Shown here in pieces: positions 11,867 through 24,742 of a stretch of DNA of 64,000 nucleotides. Both the position numbers and the translations under genes were made by a program. Each line of letters opens with the position of its first letter. Position 1 is the stretch's first letter. The DNA is from a plasmid. The stretch is taken from NCBI RefSeq assembly GCF_058153355.1, contig NZ_JBLWLY010000002.1; one strand, 5' to 3'. The notes beneath the pieces are model-generated. The model ran no database searches. It was not told where the DNA came from and was given only the letters and a program-made list of their open reading frames with translations.

Positions 11867-12100
11867 ATGGGAGTTAATTTCTGTAATAAAATAGGTATTG
11901 ATCAGTCTGAATTTGAAATAGAATCTTCCATCATTAACTCCATTGCTAATGAGGTATTGAACCCAATATCTTTCCTTAGCAACAAGGATATAATAAATGT
12001 TTTACTCAGAAAGATTTCATCTGAATGTGACCTGGTTAGAAAAGACATTTATCGTTGTGCTCTGGAGTTGGTCGTTGAAAAAACACCTGATGATTTATAA
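11867..12100 (+). CDS. Small hypothetical protein downstream of spa40
   Basis: ORF with AAGGAG Shine-Dalgarno about 8 nt upstream of the second ATG; AT-rich like the T3SS locus; no recognisable motif. Confidence 0.4.
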   Translation: MGVNFCNKIGIDQSEFEIESSIINSIANEVLNPISFLSNKDIINVLLRKISSECDLVRKDIYRCALELVVEKTPDDL

Positions 12101-12216
12101 TCATTCATAATAACTCTTTTGCTGATATAAATATTGTTGTTGAAGATATTTATGTAGTCACAGGATCAATTGTAGAAAATTGTTATGTTTTTGTTAGGAA
12201 CTGCACTAAATAATAT

Positions 12217-12486
12217 ATGATAAGACAGCAAAAACGACTGACCATAATCCTTCTTTTATTAGGAGTTGATAAGAGAGACTATTCATCCTGTAATGTTATA
12301 ACTCTGTTATATAGTATTCGCGATTATGCAAAGTCTGTAAATGATTATGAGATACTAACCGAGAGTAATCGTTTATTATCTCATTGCATTTCAGATAGTA
12401 ACGGAGCTTTCTTTAAAAGTAGTAAATACGTTCCCCTTAAGTACTTACGTAAAAGGAGAATAGCACGAAAGATACCAAATGATTAG
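12217..12486 (+). CDS. Hypothetical protein
   Basis: 89-aa ORF in AT-rich DNA; no recognisable domain. Confidence 0.3.
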   Translation: MIRQQKRLTIILLLLGVDKRDYSSCNVITLLYSIRDYAKSVNDYEILTESNRLLSHCISDSNGAFFKSSKYVPLKYLRKRRIARKIPND

Positions 12487-12609
12487 CACTTTGCTAGTAA
12501 GCTTGCTGGCAAACTATATTGACCGTTGGGTTTGTTTTGAGACTGTAATTTAAATTGTGTAATTGCCTGTTTTTGATATGTTTACTCCAACAACGGAGAC
12601 AGGTAAATT

Positions 12610-13147
12610 ATGGACGAAAAGAAGCTTAAAGCCCTTGCGGCTGAACTGGCTAAAGGCCTCAAAACTGAGGCCGACCTCAATCAGTTTTCCCGTATGCTGA
12701 CGAAATTAACTGTCGAAACGGCGCTTAATGCGGAACTAACTGACCATCTCGGGCATGAAAAAAATGCGCCAGAACAGGCTCAAACACCCGCAATGGCTAC
12801 TCGTCAAAAACGGTATTGTGCGATGACGGCGAGACAGAACTGAAGACGCCACGTGACCGTGAAAACACCTTCGAACCGCAACTGATTAAGAAGCATCAAA
12901 CGCGCATCACCCAGATGGACAACCAGATTTGTCCCCATATGCCAAAGGTATAACTACGCGGGAAATCGTCTCGACCTTCAAAGAGATGTACGATGCTGAC
13001 GTGTCGCCCACGCTGATATCTAAAGTCACCGATGCGGTTAAAGAACAGGTCTCTGAATGGCAAAACCGACCGTTGGGTGCGCTGTATCCCATTGTTTATC
13101 GACTGTATCGTGGTGAAAGTTCGTCACAATGGCAGCGTAATTAACAA
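12610..13147 (+). pseudogene. IS256-family (Mutator-type) transposase, 5' remnant with frameshift, cut by the IS21 insertion
   Basis: Two ORF pieces (..LTKLTVETALNAELTDHLGHEKN.. and ..TTREIVSTFKEMYDADVSPTLISKVTDAVKEQVSEWQNRPL..) resembling the N-terminal region of IS256-family transposases; ends at the IS21 terminus at 13148. Confidence 0.6.
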
Positions 13148-13248
13148 TGTTAGCGCCAGTGATATAAGACGGTAATTCACCATTTGGATTGTCCGCTCCA
13201 CCCAACATGTTGTTTCCTTAAGGTTCTCACACCAGAAAGGACATCAAC

Positions 13249-15218
<1,970 letters not shown>

Positions 15219-15278
15219 CGAAAGTATCTTAGCGGGCATGAAAATGGCAAATAACGGTTAAAAATCGTGGCGTTGACA

Positions 15279-15560
15279 CTGCTGACGAGGGCTTATCCCT
15301 GTCCGCCGCTGACACCACGTATACCAGCCGCTGTGGGCCACCCGGAGCACGCGGCACATTGCCTTGATGCTGAACCCAGCCTGATGTTTTTCAATAAAGA
15401 CATACTTCATTTCAGGCGCTTCGTAAAGTATGTCGCGGCCTTTTGGAGGATAGCCAGTTCCTCTGCCTGCTCCGCCAGTTGCCGCTTCAGGCGGGCATTT
15501 TCAGCGGCCAGTTCACTTTCACGCTCAGACGAGGTCATCTGTTGCTGCAGTTTGCTGCGC
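15279..15560 (-). pseudogene. IS3 fragment (orfA 3' end plus orfB 5' start), bounded by the IS21 and IS66 insertions
   Basis: Minus-strand translation ..[50 protein letters not shown] followed by [25 protein letters not shown].. Confidence 0.7.
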
Positions 15561-15679
15561 GTAAGCGTCTTATCAGGACCGTCTGGCAAATTCCCGATGC
15601 TTTGGACAAAGTATCCACCACTAAATTAATAGTGGGTGATAAAAATGTCAGATATACAAAAAAATGCCTCTCCGGGAAG

Positions 15680-17105
15680 TAATGCCAGTCAGTTAAGCAA
15701 CTGACTGGCTCTTTTTCGGGGCTGTGGGGTATTTCCAGGGCCTCTCCTTTACCACTCTCGGGAAGGCCCTTTCCCTTCTTGTCGGTAATTTCACAAGTTG
15801 TCCCATACTTGCAAGATCGCGCATCAGCTCCGGTATACGTCCCGGTGAAGCGCCCTGCAATGTCATCAGCATTCTCATCACCATTCCGCATGATTCTGAG
15901 AAACTCAGTTGATTCGGCCAGTAACCTTTCAGATGTTCCGCCATTTTAATCATCTGATATCTCACCAGATTATAAGCCAGTAAGACACCCCACAGCTCTT
16001 GCTCCACAAGCTCCGGCTTTTTACTTCTCAGCGTCAGCCTGCTCAGTTGCATCGTCTGTTTTATCTCCCTGTATCCCAGTTCGATTTCCCAGCGATGACT
16101 GTACAGATCCGCCATTTCTCCTCCGGGGAAGCGCATGGCGTCCGTCATCGACGTCAGCAGATGGCAGACTTTTCCTTTGCGCGTCACGGTCAGCAGGCGG
16201 GCTGTCACTTCATTTCCCAGTCCCGGCCACTTTTTTCGTGCCTGCGGGCTGGTTTTCAGCTTCACCAGATGATCGCCTTTACCCAGTTTTCTGATCTCTT
16301 CATATTGCGCTCCCTTTCTGAGAGGTATCATCCAGTGGCGGTGTTCTCCCGCCAGGCTCCAGGCATTTAACAGTCCCAGTGAGTAATAACCTTTATCCAT
16401 TAACGTCAGAGTGTTATCGCCGGTTTGTTCTATAAGTTGCTCAGCAAGCTCATTTTCGCTGTTCTTCATCGTGCCGAAGGCTGCAGCCGTCAGCAGATGG
16501 CTGGTCAGTTCCATCTGGCAGACCATTTTGACCTGCGGGTAGAGCGCCGGGTTCCCGGCATGTGTCTGGCGGGGGAAGGCTGCATCGTTCTCTGGTGTAT
16601 CCGGTGTGCGCCAGAACACACCATCGATGGCCAGCAGGGTCAGGCCGCACCAGTGCGGATGCGGCGTGGCGTTATGCCAGAGCTGCGCTGTTTTCGTGAA
16701 CACGCGGCGGACAGCCTCACTTCCCAGGCGCTGGCGGGCCTGAATAACGGCACTGGGGGCAACGAAGGGGCGATTGCCCGGCAGCATGATGTCCAGGCGA
16801 TTCACAATCTGGTGAAGAGGTTCTTTACGCTCAAGCGCCATGCCAACAATACACCAGACCATCATTTCGAGGGGAAGACGGCGCTTGCGTAGCGTTACAG
16901 TACCTGATTCGGCAAGGCAACGAGAGATGAGTTCGGGGTCGAGGTAATCCCCCAGAGAAGTCAGTGGGTTACGCAGAGAATCGTAACGGGATACCAGATC
17001 AAGAGCCTGTCCAATGTGCATAAAAAAATCCGGAAACAAGTGAGCGTTTCCGGATTCTTACACAGCCACTGGATCGGTCAACTGATCCTTAACTGATCGG
17101 CATTA
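15680..17105 (-). mobile_element. IS4, 1426 bp, flanked by a 12-bp direct duplication CTCTCCGGGAAG (15668..15679 and 17106..17117)
   Basis: Terminal inverted repeats TAATGCC(A/G)..CAGTTAAG at both ends; perfect 12-bp TSD; length equals canonical IS4. Confidence 0.9.
15693..17039 (-). CDS. IS4 transposase
   Basis: 448-aa ORF (from the first ATG) matching the IS4 transposase as I recall it. Confidence 0.9.
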   Translation of the reverse strand: MFPDFFMHIGQALDLVSRYDSLRNPLTSLGDYLDPELISRCLAESGTVTLRKRRLPLEMMVWCIVGMALERKEPLHQIVNRLDIMLPGNRPFVAPSAVIQARQRLGSEAVRRVFTKTAQLWHNATPHPHWCGLTLLAIDGVFWRTPDTPENDAAFPRQTHAGNPALYPQVKMVCQMELTSHLLTAAAFGTMKNSENELAEQLIEQTGDNTLTLMDKGYYSLGLLNAWSLAGEHRHWMIPLRKGAQYEEIRKLGKGDHLVKLKTSPQARKKWPGLGNEVTARLLTVTRKGKVCHLLTSMTDAMRFPGGEMADLYSHRWEIELGYREIKQTMQLSRLTLRSKKPELVEQELWGVLLAYNLVRYQMIKMAEHLKGYWPNQLSFSESCGMVMRMLMTLQGASPGRIPELMRDLASMGQLVKLPTRRERAFPRVVKERPWKYPTAPKKSQSVA

Positions 17106-17498
17106 CTCTCCGGGAAGGCCTAAAGGGTGCCTGAATTATCCTCCTGAATTCAAACAACGACTCATAGAAGCATCATTCCAGCCAGGTGTTTCAATTTCCA
17201 GACTGGCCCTGGACAATGGTATTAATGCCAATCTGTTGTTCAAATGGCGTCAGAAATGGCGGCAGGGGAAGATAAAATTGCCATCATCAGAATCAGGCAG
17301 AGAATCTCAGTTAATTCCTGTCACTATTGATGCCCAACTCCCAACTGCTCCGGCTAATGAGCCACTGACCGCAAGACCGTCAGTAACACCGGAAATACAC
17401 AGCATCTCCTGTGAGATTACGTTCAGAAACGGCACCCTTCGGTTGAACGGGGCAGTGAATGAAAATCTGCTGTCCTTGCTTATACAGGAGCTGAGACG

Positions 17499-17846
17499 GT
17501 GATATCTCTCCCTGCAGGTTCGCGTATCTGGCTGGTTGCAGGTATCACCGATATGCGAAATGGCTTTAACGGCCTGGCCTCAAAAGTTCAGAACGTCCTG
17601 AAGGATGACCCGTTCTCCGGACACCTGTTCATCTTCCGCGGACGCCGGGGTGACCAGATAAAAGTGCTGTGGGCTGACAGCGACGGACTGTGCCTCTTCA
17701 CCAGACGCCTGGAACGGGGCCGCTTCGTCTGGCCGGTCACCCGTGACGGCAAGGTGCACCTTACTCCGGCCCAGTTATCCATGCTTCTTGAGGGCATCGA
17801 CTGGAAACACCCGAAACGAACGGAACGCGCTGGCATCCGCATATAA
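17499..17846 (+). CDS. tnpB: IS66-family TnpB (orf2)
   Basis: 115 aa; near-identical to the TnpB of the intact copy at 22228..22575. Confidence 0.85.
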   Translation: MISLPAGSRIWLVAGITDMRNGFNGLASKVQNVLKDDPFSGHLFIFRGRRGDQIKVLWADSDGLCLFTRRLERGRFVWPVTRDGKVHLTPAQLSMLLEGIDWKHPKRTERAGIRI

Positions 17847-17865
17847 CCCGTTGTAAAGTGAGGAT

Positions 17866-19254
17866 ATGGACACCTCACTTGCTCATGAGAATGCCCGCCT
17901 GCGGGCACTGTTGCAGACGCAACAGGACACCATCCGCCAGATGGCGAAATACAACCGCCTGCTCTCACAGCGGGTGGCGGCTTATGCTTCCGAAATCAAC
18001 CGGCTGAAGGCGCTGGTTGCAAAACTGCAGCGCATGCAGTTCGGTAAAAGCTCAGAAAAACTTCGTGCAAAAACCGAACGGCAGATACAGGAAGCACAGG
18101 AGCGAATCAGCGCTCTTCAGGAAGAAATGGCGGAAACGCTGGGTGAGCAATATGACCCGGTACTGCCATCTCCCCTGCGCCAGTCTTCAGCCCGTAAACC
18201 GTTACCTGCCTCACTTCCCCGTGAAACCCGGGTCATCCGTCCGGAAGAGGAATGCTGCCCGGCCTGTGGTGGCGAACTCAGTTCTCTGGGATGTGATGTG
18301 TCAGAGCAACTGGAGCTTATCAGCAGCGCCTTTAAGGTTATCGAAACACAACGTCCGAAACTGGCCTGTTGCCGGTGCGACCATATCGTGCAGGCTCCGG
18401 TGCCTTCAAAACCCATTGCACGCAGTTATGCCGGAGCGGGGCTTCTGGCCCATGTTGTCGCTGGAAAATATGCAGACCATCTGCCGTTATACCGCCAGTC
18501 AGAAATATACCGTCGTCAGGGCGTGGAGCTGAGCCGTGCCACACTGGGGCGCTGGACAGGTGCTGTTGCTGAACTGCTGGAACCGCTGTATGACATCCTG
18601 CGCCAGTATGTGCTGATGCCCGGTAAAGTCCATGCCGATGATATCCCCGTTCCGGTCCAGGAGCCGGGCAGCGGTAAAACAAGGACTGCCCGGCTGTGGG
18701 TCTACGTTCGTGATGACCGTAACGCCGGTTCGGAAATGCCTCCGGCGGTCTGGTTCGCGTACAGCCCGGACCGGAAAGGTATCCATCCACAGAATCATCT
18801 GGCCGGTTACAGCGGAGTGCTTCAGGCCGATGCTTACGGTGGTTACCGGGCGTTGTACGAATCCGGCAGAATAACGGAAGCCGCATGTATGGCTCATGCC
18901 CGGAGAAAAATCCACGATGTGCATGCAAGAGTGCCCACCGACATCACCACGGAAGCCCTGCAGCGTATCGGTGAACTGTATGCCATCGAGGCAGAGGTCC
19001 GGGGCTGTTCAGCAGAACAGCGTCTGGCGGCAAGAAAAGCCAGAGCCGCGCCACTGATGCAGTCACTGTATGACTGGATACAGCAACAGATGAAAACACT
19101 GTCGCGTCACTCGGACACGGCAAAAGCGTTCGCATACCTGCTGAAACAGTGGGATGCACTGAACGTGTACTGCAGTAATGGCTGGGTGGAAATCGACAAC
19201 AACATCGCAGAGAACGCCTTACGGGGAGTGGCCGTAGGCCGGAAAAACTGGCTC
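17866..19254 (+). pseudogene. tnpC: IS66-family transposase TnpC, 5' exon, interrupted after ..GRKNWL by the group II intron
   Basis: Identical to residues 1 to about 463 of the intact 523-aa TnpC at 20637..22208; continuation found at 23557..23738. Confidence 0.8.
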
Positions 19255-19766
19255 TGTGTGTCACGAAGGAGTACTTATGGCAACAATGTGAAAATTGCAG
19301 CATAAGTTATCCATGCTCTGAGGTGGGTGGAGGTGGGCCCTCCGGTCAGGGTTTACAGGAGCACTGACCAAACGACCCGGTGCTGCTTCATTCTAAGGAA
19401 TGAGGTGGTGAGCGACTCGGGAAAAGGCAGAGATCTACTGTCACGTGGGGTTCGGGAAGCTGAACGAAAGTAAACTGTCCGATGAAGCATCGAAATCTTA
19501 GATGATGTCAAAATGGGGCCGTACAGCCGTCCCCTGATAAGCGCAGAAGACACCTGCTTACTGACTGCGCGGCATCCGGTGTGAAGGCAGCAGGATCCCG
19601 GGCCAGACCATCTCAGGGAACGTGAGAACCTGTTTCCGGCACGTATCGGGAAACAGGGGCGGACCCATTCGTAGTAGTGATGAAAGATCTGTAATGGGTC
19701 TGGAGCGAAGGGATGGGGATCACATTCATTGCAGAAGACACAACCCAAAAGGGGATGACGTAACTG

Positions 19767-20606
19767 ATGCAACGAAAATCATTTGAAATACCAAAAGCAC
19801 TGGTCTGGGCATCATATCTGGATGTGCGTCGCAACAAGGGAGCCCCCGGATGCGACGGGCAGACTTTGAAAATGTTCGACCAGCAACGTGATGGCAATCT
19901 ATACAAGATCTGGAACCGGCTATGTTCGGGAACATGGTTTCCGCCACCAGTGCTGGAAAAACGGATCCCGAAGTCGAATGGCAAGGAACGCATTCTGGGG
20001 ATCCCAACAGTATCCGATCGAATTGCTCAGGGAGCGATAAAACTTTTCATGGAAGAAAAGCTTGACCCGATTTTCCATGCTGATTCATATGGTTACCGAC
20101 CAGGCAAATCAGCTCATGACGCTCTGAAACAATGTGCCATCCGGTGCTGGCGTTATAGCTGGATACTGGAAGTGGACATCAGTGCGTTTTTCGACCATGT
20201 GAGACATGATCTGGTGCTCAAAGCTCTGGAACACCACGGGATGCCTAAATGGGTCATCCTGTACTGTCGACGCTGGATGGAAGCGCCAATGCAGAGTTGT
20301 GAAAATGGAGAATTAATAACCCGAACACGAGGCACTCCGCAGGGCGGGGTCATTAGTCCACTACTTGCTAACTTGTTCCTTCACTATGCATTTGATTTGT
20401 GGATGGAAAGAGAATATCGGGGGGTACCGTTTGAGAGGTACGCTGACGATATTGTAGTACATTGTTCACGAATGAGTGATGCAACAAGGCTGAAGAACAG
20501 GTTATCGGAGCGCTTCTCGGAAGTCGGGCTGGTCCTGAATGCAGGGAAAACGAATATCGCCTACATTGACACGTTTAAAAGGAGAAACGTCGCAACGAGT
20601 TTCACC
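19767..20606 (+). pseudogene. Group II intron reverse transcriptase/maturase, interrupted by IS66 copy 2; C-terminal part resumes at 23083..23476
   Basis: RT motifs (..PQGGVISPLLANLFL.., ..YADD..) identical to the intact 410-aa copies at 36768..38000 and 60598..61830 up to ..VATSFT. Confidence 0.8.
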
Positions 20607-20636
20607 GTAAGCGGCTCGCCAGAACCGTATTGATAT

Positions 20637-22208
20637 TTACTGAGAGCTCAGATCAACTTTCCAGGGCAACAGATCGCGTACCCGGTTTGCCGGCCAGTCC
20701 TGGATATGTTCAATGACGTAACGCAGCCACTTTTCTGGCTCCACATTGTTCAGACGGCATGTGCCGATCAGCGAGTACAACACCGCAGCATGTTCACCAC
20801 CGCTGTCAGAACCCGCGAAGAGCCAGTTTTTCCGGCCTACGGCCACTCCCCGTAAGGCGTTCTCTGCGATGTTGTTGTCGATTTCCACCCAGCCATTACT
20901 GCAGTACACGTTCAGTGCATCCCACTGTTTCAGCAGGTATGCGAACGCTTTTGCCGTGTCCGAGTGACGCGACAGTGTTTTCATCTGTTGCTGTATCCAG
21001 TCATACAGTGACTGCATCAGTGGCGCGGCTCTGGCTTTTCTTGCCGCCAGACGCTGTTCTGCTGAACAGCCCCGGACCTCTGCCTCGATGGCATACAGTT
21101 CACCGATACGCTGCAGGGCTTCCGTGGTGATGTCGGTGGGCACTCTTGCATGCACATCGTGGATTTTTCTCCGGGCATGAGCCATACATGCGGCTTCCGT
21201 TATTCTGCCGGATTCGTACAACGCCCGGTAACCACCGTAAGCATCGGCCTGAAGCACTCCGCTGTAACCGGCCAGATGATTCTGTGGATGGATACCTTTC
21301 CGGTCCGGGCTGTACGCGAACCAGACCGCCGGAGGCATTTCCGAACCGGCGTTACGGTCATCACGAACGTAGACCCACAGCCGGGCAGTCCTTGTTTTAC
21401 CGCTGCCCGGCTCCTGGACCGGAACGGGGATATCATCGGCATGGACTTTACCGGGCATCAGCACATACTGGCGCAGGATGTCATACAGCGGTTCCAGCAG
21501 TTCAGCAACAGCACCTGTCCAGCGCCCCAGTGTGGCACGGCTCAGCTCCACGCCCTGACGACGGTATATTTCTGACTGGCGGTATAACGGCAGATGGTCT
21601 GCATATTTTCCAGCGACAACATGGGCCAGAAGCCCCGCTCCGGCATAACTGCGTGCAATGGGTTTTGAAGGCACCGGAGCCTGCACGATATGGTCGCACC
21701 GGCAACAGGCCAGTTTCGGACGTTGTGTTTCGATAACCTTAAAGGCGCTGCTGATAAGCTCCAGTTGCTCTGACACATCACATCCCAGAGAACTGAGTTC
21801 GCCACCACAGGCCGGGCAGCATTCCTCTTCCGGACGGATGACCCGGGTTTCACGGGGAAGTGAGGCAGGTAACGGTTTACGGGCTGAAGACTGGCGCAGG
21901 GGAGATGGCAGTACCGGGTCATATTGCTCACCCAGCGTTTCCGCCATTTCTTCCTGAAGAGCGCTGATTCGCTCCTGTGCTTCCTGTATCTGCCGTTCGG
22001 TTTTTGCACGAAGTTTTTCTGAGCTTTTACCGAACTGCATGCGCTGCAGTTTTGCAACCAGCGCCTTCAGCCGGTTGATTTCGGAAGCATAAGCCGCCAC
22101 CCGCTGTGAGAGCAGGCGGTTGTATTTCGCCATCTGGCGGATGGTGTCCTGTTGCGTCTGCAACAGTGCCCGCAGGCGGGCATTCTCATGAGCAAGTGAG
22201 GTGTCCAT
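20637..22208 (-). CDS. tnpC: IS66-family transposase TnpC (intact, 523 aa)
   Basis: Full-length ORF; zinc-finger-like CxxC pairs and DDE-type C-terminal region typical of IS66 TnpC. Confidence 0.9.
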   Translation of the reverse strand: MDTSLAHENARLRALLQTQQDTIRQMAKYNRLLSQRVAAYASEINRLKALVAKLQRMQFGKSSEKLRAKTERQIQEAQERISALQEEMAETLGEQYDPVLPSPLRQSSARKPLPASLPRETRVIRPEEECCPACGGELSSLGCDVSEQLELISSAFKVIETQRPKLACCRCDHIVQAPVPSKPIARSYAGAGLLAHVVAGKYADHLPLYRQSEIYRRQGVELSRATLGRWTGAVAELLEPLYDILRQYVLMPGKVHADDIPVPVQEPGSGKTRTARLWVYVRDDRNAGSEMPPAVWFAYSPDRKGIHPQNHLAGYSGVLQADAYGGYRALYESGRITEAACMAHARRKIHDVHARVPTDITTEALQRIGELYAIEAEVRGCSAEQRLAARKARAAPLMQSLYDWIQQQMKTLSRHSDTAKAFAYLLKQWDALNVYCSNGWVEIDNNIAENALRGVAVGRKNWLFAGSDSGGEHAAVLYSLIGTCRLNNVEPEKWLRYVIEHIQDWPANRVRDLLPWKVDLSSQ

Positions 22209-22227
22209 ATCCTCACTTTACAACGGG

Positions 22228-22575
22228 TTATATGCGGATGCCAGCGCGTTCCGTTCGTTTCGGGTGTTTCCAGTCGATGCCCTCAAGAAGCATGGATAAC
22301 TGGGCCGGAGTAAGGTGCACCTTGCCGTCACGGGTGACCGGCCAGACGAAGCGGCCCCGTTCCAGGCGTCTGGTGAAGAGGCACAGTCCGTCGCTGTCAG
22401 CCCACAGCACTTTTATCTGGTCACCCCGGCGTCCGCGGAAGATGAACAGGTGTCCGGAGAACGGGTCATCCTTCAGGACGTTCTGAACTTTTGAGGCCAG
22501 GCCGTTAAAGCCATTTCGCATATCGGTGATACCTGCAACCAGCCAGATACGCGAACCTGCAGGGAGAGATATCAC
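22228..22575 (-). CDS. tnpB: IS66-family TnpB
   Basis: 115 aa; conserved IS66 orf2 arrangement. Confidence 0.88.
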   Translation of the reverse strand: MISLPAGSRIWLVAGITDMRNGFNGLASKVQNVLKDDPFSGHLFIFRGRRGDQIKVLWADSDGLCLFTRRLERGRFVWPVTRDGKVHLTPAQLSMLLEGIDWKHPKRTERAGIRI

Positions 22576-23000
22576 CGTCTCAGCTCCTGTATAAGCAAGG
22601 ACAGCAGATTTTCATTCACTGCCCCGTTCAACCGAAGGGTGCCGTTTCTGAACGTAATCTCACAGGAGATGCTGTGTATTTCCGGTGTTACTGACGGTCT
22701 TGCGGTCAGTGGCTCATTAGCCGGAGCAGTTGGGAGTTGGGCATCAATAGTGACAGGAATTAACTGAGATTCTCTGCCTGATTCTGATGATGGCAATTTT
22801 ATCTTCCCCTGCCGCCATTTCTGACGCCATTTGAACAACAGATTGGCATTAATACCATTGTCCAGGGCCAGTCTGGAAATTGAAACACCTGGCTGGAATG
22901 ATGCTTCTATGAGTCGTTGTTTGAATTCAGGAGGATAATTCAGGCACCCTTTAGGCCTTCCCGGAGAGGCATTTTTTTGTATATCTGACATTTTTATCAC
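22572..23000 (-). CDS. tnpA: IS66-family TnpA (orf1)
   Basis: 142 aa; HTH-containing N-terminus; overlaps tnpB start. Confidence 0.85.
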   Translation of the reverse strand: MIKMSDIQKNASPGRPKGCLNYPPEFKQRLIEASFQPGVSISRLALDNGINANLLFKWRQKWRQGKIKLPSSESGRESQLIPVTIDAQLPTAPANEPLTARPSVTPEIHSISCEITFRNGTLRLNGAVNENLLSLLIQELRR

Positions 23001-23768
23001 CCACTATTAATTTAGTGGTGGATACTTTGTCCAAAGCATCGGGAATTTGCCAGACGGTCCTGATAAGACGCTTACGTTTCACCTTTCTCGGATATGACTT
23101 CAAAGTGCGTACGCTGAAGAATTTCAAAGGCGAACTGTACCGAAAATGCATGCCGGGTGCGTCAAATGCAGCAATGCGCAAAATAACAGAAACAATCAAG
23201 AAGTGGCGTATACATCGCTCAACAGCTGAGAGTTTGCTGGATTTTGCGAGGCGCTACAATGCGATAGTGAGAGGCTGGATCGAGTACTACGGAAAGTTCT
23301 GGTCCAGAAATTTCAACTATCGACTGTGGAGTGCAATGCAGTCACGTCTGCTCAAGTGGATGCAGTCTAAATACAGACTTTCGAACCGGAAGGCTCAGCG
23401 AAAGCTGACGCTGGTAAGGAAGGAGTATCCGAAGCTATTTGTTCACTGGTATTTACTACGTGCATCAAATGAGTGATCAAGAGCCGTATGACGCGAGAGT
23501 GTCACGTACGGTTCCGTGAGCAGCCGGGGAGTGAAATTCTCTCCGGCTGACTCGACTCGCAGGTTCCGACAGCGGTGGCGAACATGCGGCGGTGTTGTAC
23601 TCGCTGATCGGCACATGCCGTCTGAACAATGTGGGGCCAGAAAAATGGCTGCGTTACGTCATTGAGCATATCCAGGACTGGCCGGCAAACCGGGTACGCG
23701 ATCTGTTGCCCTGGAAAGTTGATCTGAGCTCTCAGTAAATATCAATACGGTTCTGGCGAGCCGCTTAC

Positions 23769-24109
23769 GCACTAACTGTAGTCTGAGTAGATAAAGACGG
23801 AGTAAGAGCAGCCACCGGTTCTTTCGGCTCATCCGGCGTTATCTCCACAGGTAATAATTCAACGCCAGTGTCAGAAGAGGTTGTTACCGGAAGACGCCGC
23901 GATATGCGCCCTTCGTTCTGCCAGAGCCTGAGCCATTTGAACAGCAGATTGGCGTTAATGCCATTTTCAAGAGCAAGTTTTGAGATGGATACCCCGGATT
24001 CACAGGAGGCAGAAACGAGCTGCTGTTTAAATTCGGGAGGATCATTAGGGCAGCCTTTTCGCCTGCCGGGAGTCACATTTTTCTGCATATCTGACACTTT
24101 GGTTCCCAC
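23769..24109 (-). pseudogene. IS66-family TnpA (type B) fragment, truncated by the right end of IS66 copy 1
   Basis: Translation ..[69 protein letters not shown].. parallels the tnpA at 57452..57871. Confidence 0.6.
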
Positions 24110-24298
24110 TACTTATTTGGTGGACACCACTTTGTCTAATTCGTCAGATTCTGACCAGACGGTTCAGGCTGTACGCTTCCCCATGTGATTTGCCTCGCCA
24201 CTTCACCGGGCTCAGGACCCCGTAGGATCTTCACCGAAAAAAATGCATCACCAGTTGCTTTATTATTTGTTTTAGGTAGACCTGTTACTAATTTATAC

Positions 24299-24556
24299 CT
24301 ACTCTGACCAGGTCTGGATAAGAAAGGCACACCTGCACATTTCTACTTGGAAATGTTTTCTTTTACCATTTTTCTCAAAAATTTCAACATCCAATATTCC
24401 TCGTACAGAACTACTCAAGTCCTGAATAGAAAAAGTTCCAGCTGGTACAGTAGGGTCATATATTACTCGACCTTGTTGAGATACAACAACACGTGCATTA
24501 GTTTCTGCAATACCAGTAATCTGAGGCGCATAACCACGAATATTTGGCGGTAGCAT
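24299..24556 (-). pseudogene. Fimbrial usher (FimD/PapC family) internal fragment
   Basis: 85-aa ORF ..RGYAPQITGIAETNARVVVSQQGRVIYDPTVPAGTFSIQDLSSSVRGILDVEIFEKNGKRKHFQV.. resembles the conserved usher middle region; no complete gene present. Confidence 0.45.
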
Positions 24557-24665
24557 TCGTTCATCGCATTTCTAATGCAATTCCTGTGTAACGCCAAGCA
24601 ACAGCGCATTCTGGCGCATGATCCGGTAAACACGTTTGGCATTGATCGCAGGCATACCATCATGT

Positions 24666-24698
24666 GCACAAAAACCCACCGAGCTTTTACACGGTGGG
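24666..24698 (-). terminator. Putative rho-independent terminator downstream of icsA
   Basis: Minus-strand hairpin CCCACCGTGTAAAAGCTCGGTGGG followed by TTTTTGTG, about 45 nt after the icsA stop. Confidence 0.5.
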
Positions 24699-24742
24699 TC
24701 CCAGAGAAATGCAGGACATCAACACGCCCTGCATTTTTATTA

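Larger units (their letters stand above)
20607..23074 (-). mobile_element. Intact IS66-family element (type A, copy 2), 2468 bp, with 8-bp target-site duplication GTTTCACC (20599..20606 and 23075..23082)
   Basis: Both ends start GTAAGCG; complete tnpA, tnpB and tnpC; perfect 8-bp direct repeat flanking the element. Confidence 0.88.
19255..23556 (+). mobile_element. Group II intron copy 1 (about 1.82 kb) carrying a nested IS66 insertion; sits in IS66 tnpC
   Basis: Begins GTGTG (GUGYG consensus), ends ..CTCGAC; internal RT/maturase ORF; flanking exons rejoin to give intact tnpC reading frame. Confidence 0.8.
15561..23768 (+). mobile_element. IS66-family element (type A, copy 1), heavily disrupted: IS4 in tnpA, group II intron in tnpC, and a second IS66 inside the intron
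   Basis: Left end GTAAGCGTCTTATCAGG at 15561 and right end ..GCGAGCCGCTTAC at 23768; tnpA, tnpB and tnpC pieces are collinear once the insertions are removed. Confidence 0.8.

Noticed and set aside
17588-22486. Numerous antisense and out-of-frame ORFs of 60-200 aa overlapping IS66 genes (e.g. 18338..18928, 21146..21736)
   Set aside because: They are alternative-frame readings of GC-rich transposase DNA, recur identically in every IS66 copy and lack start-site signals; treated as spurious
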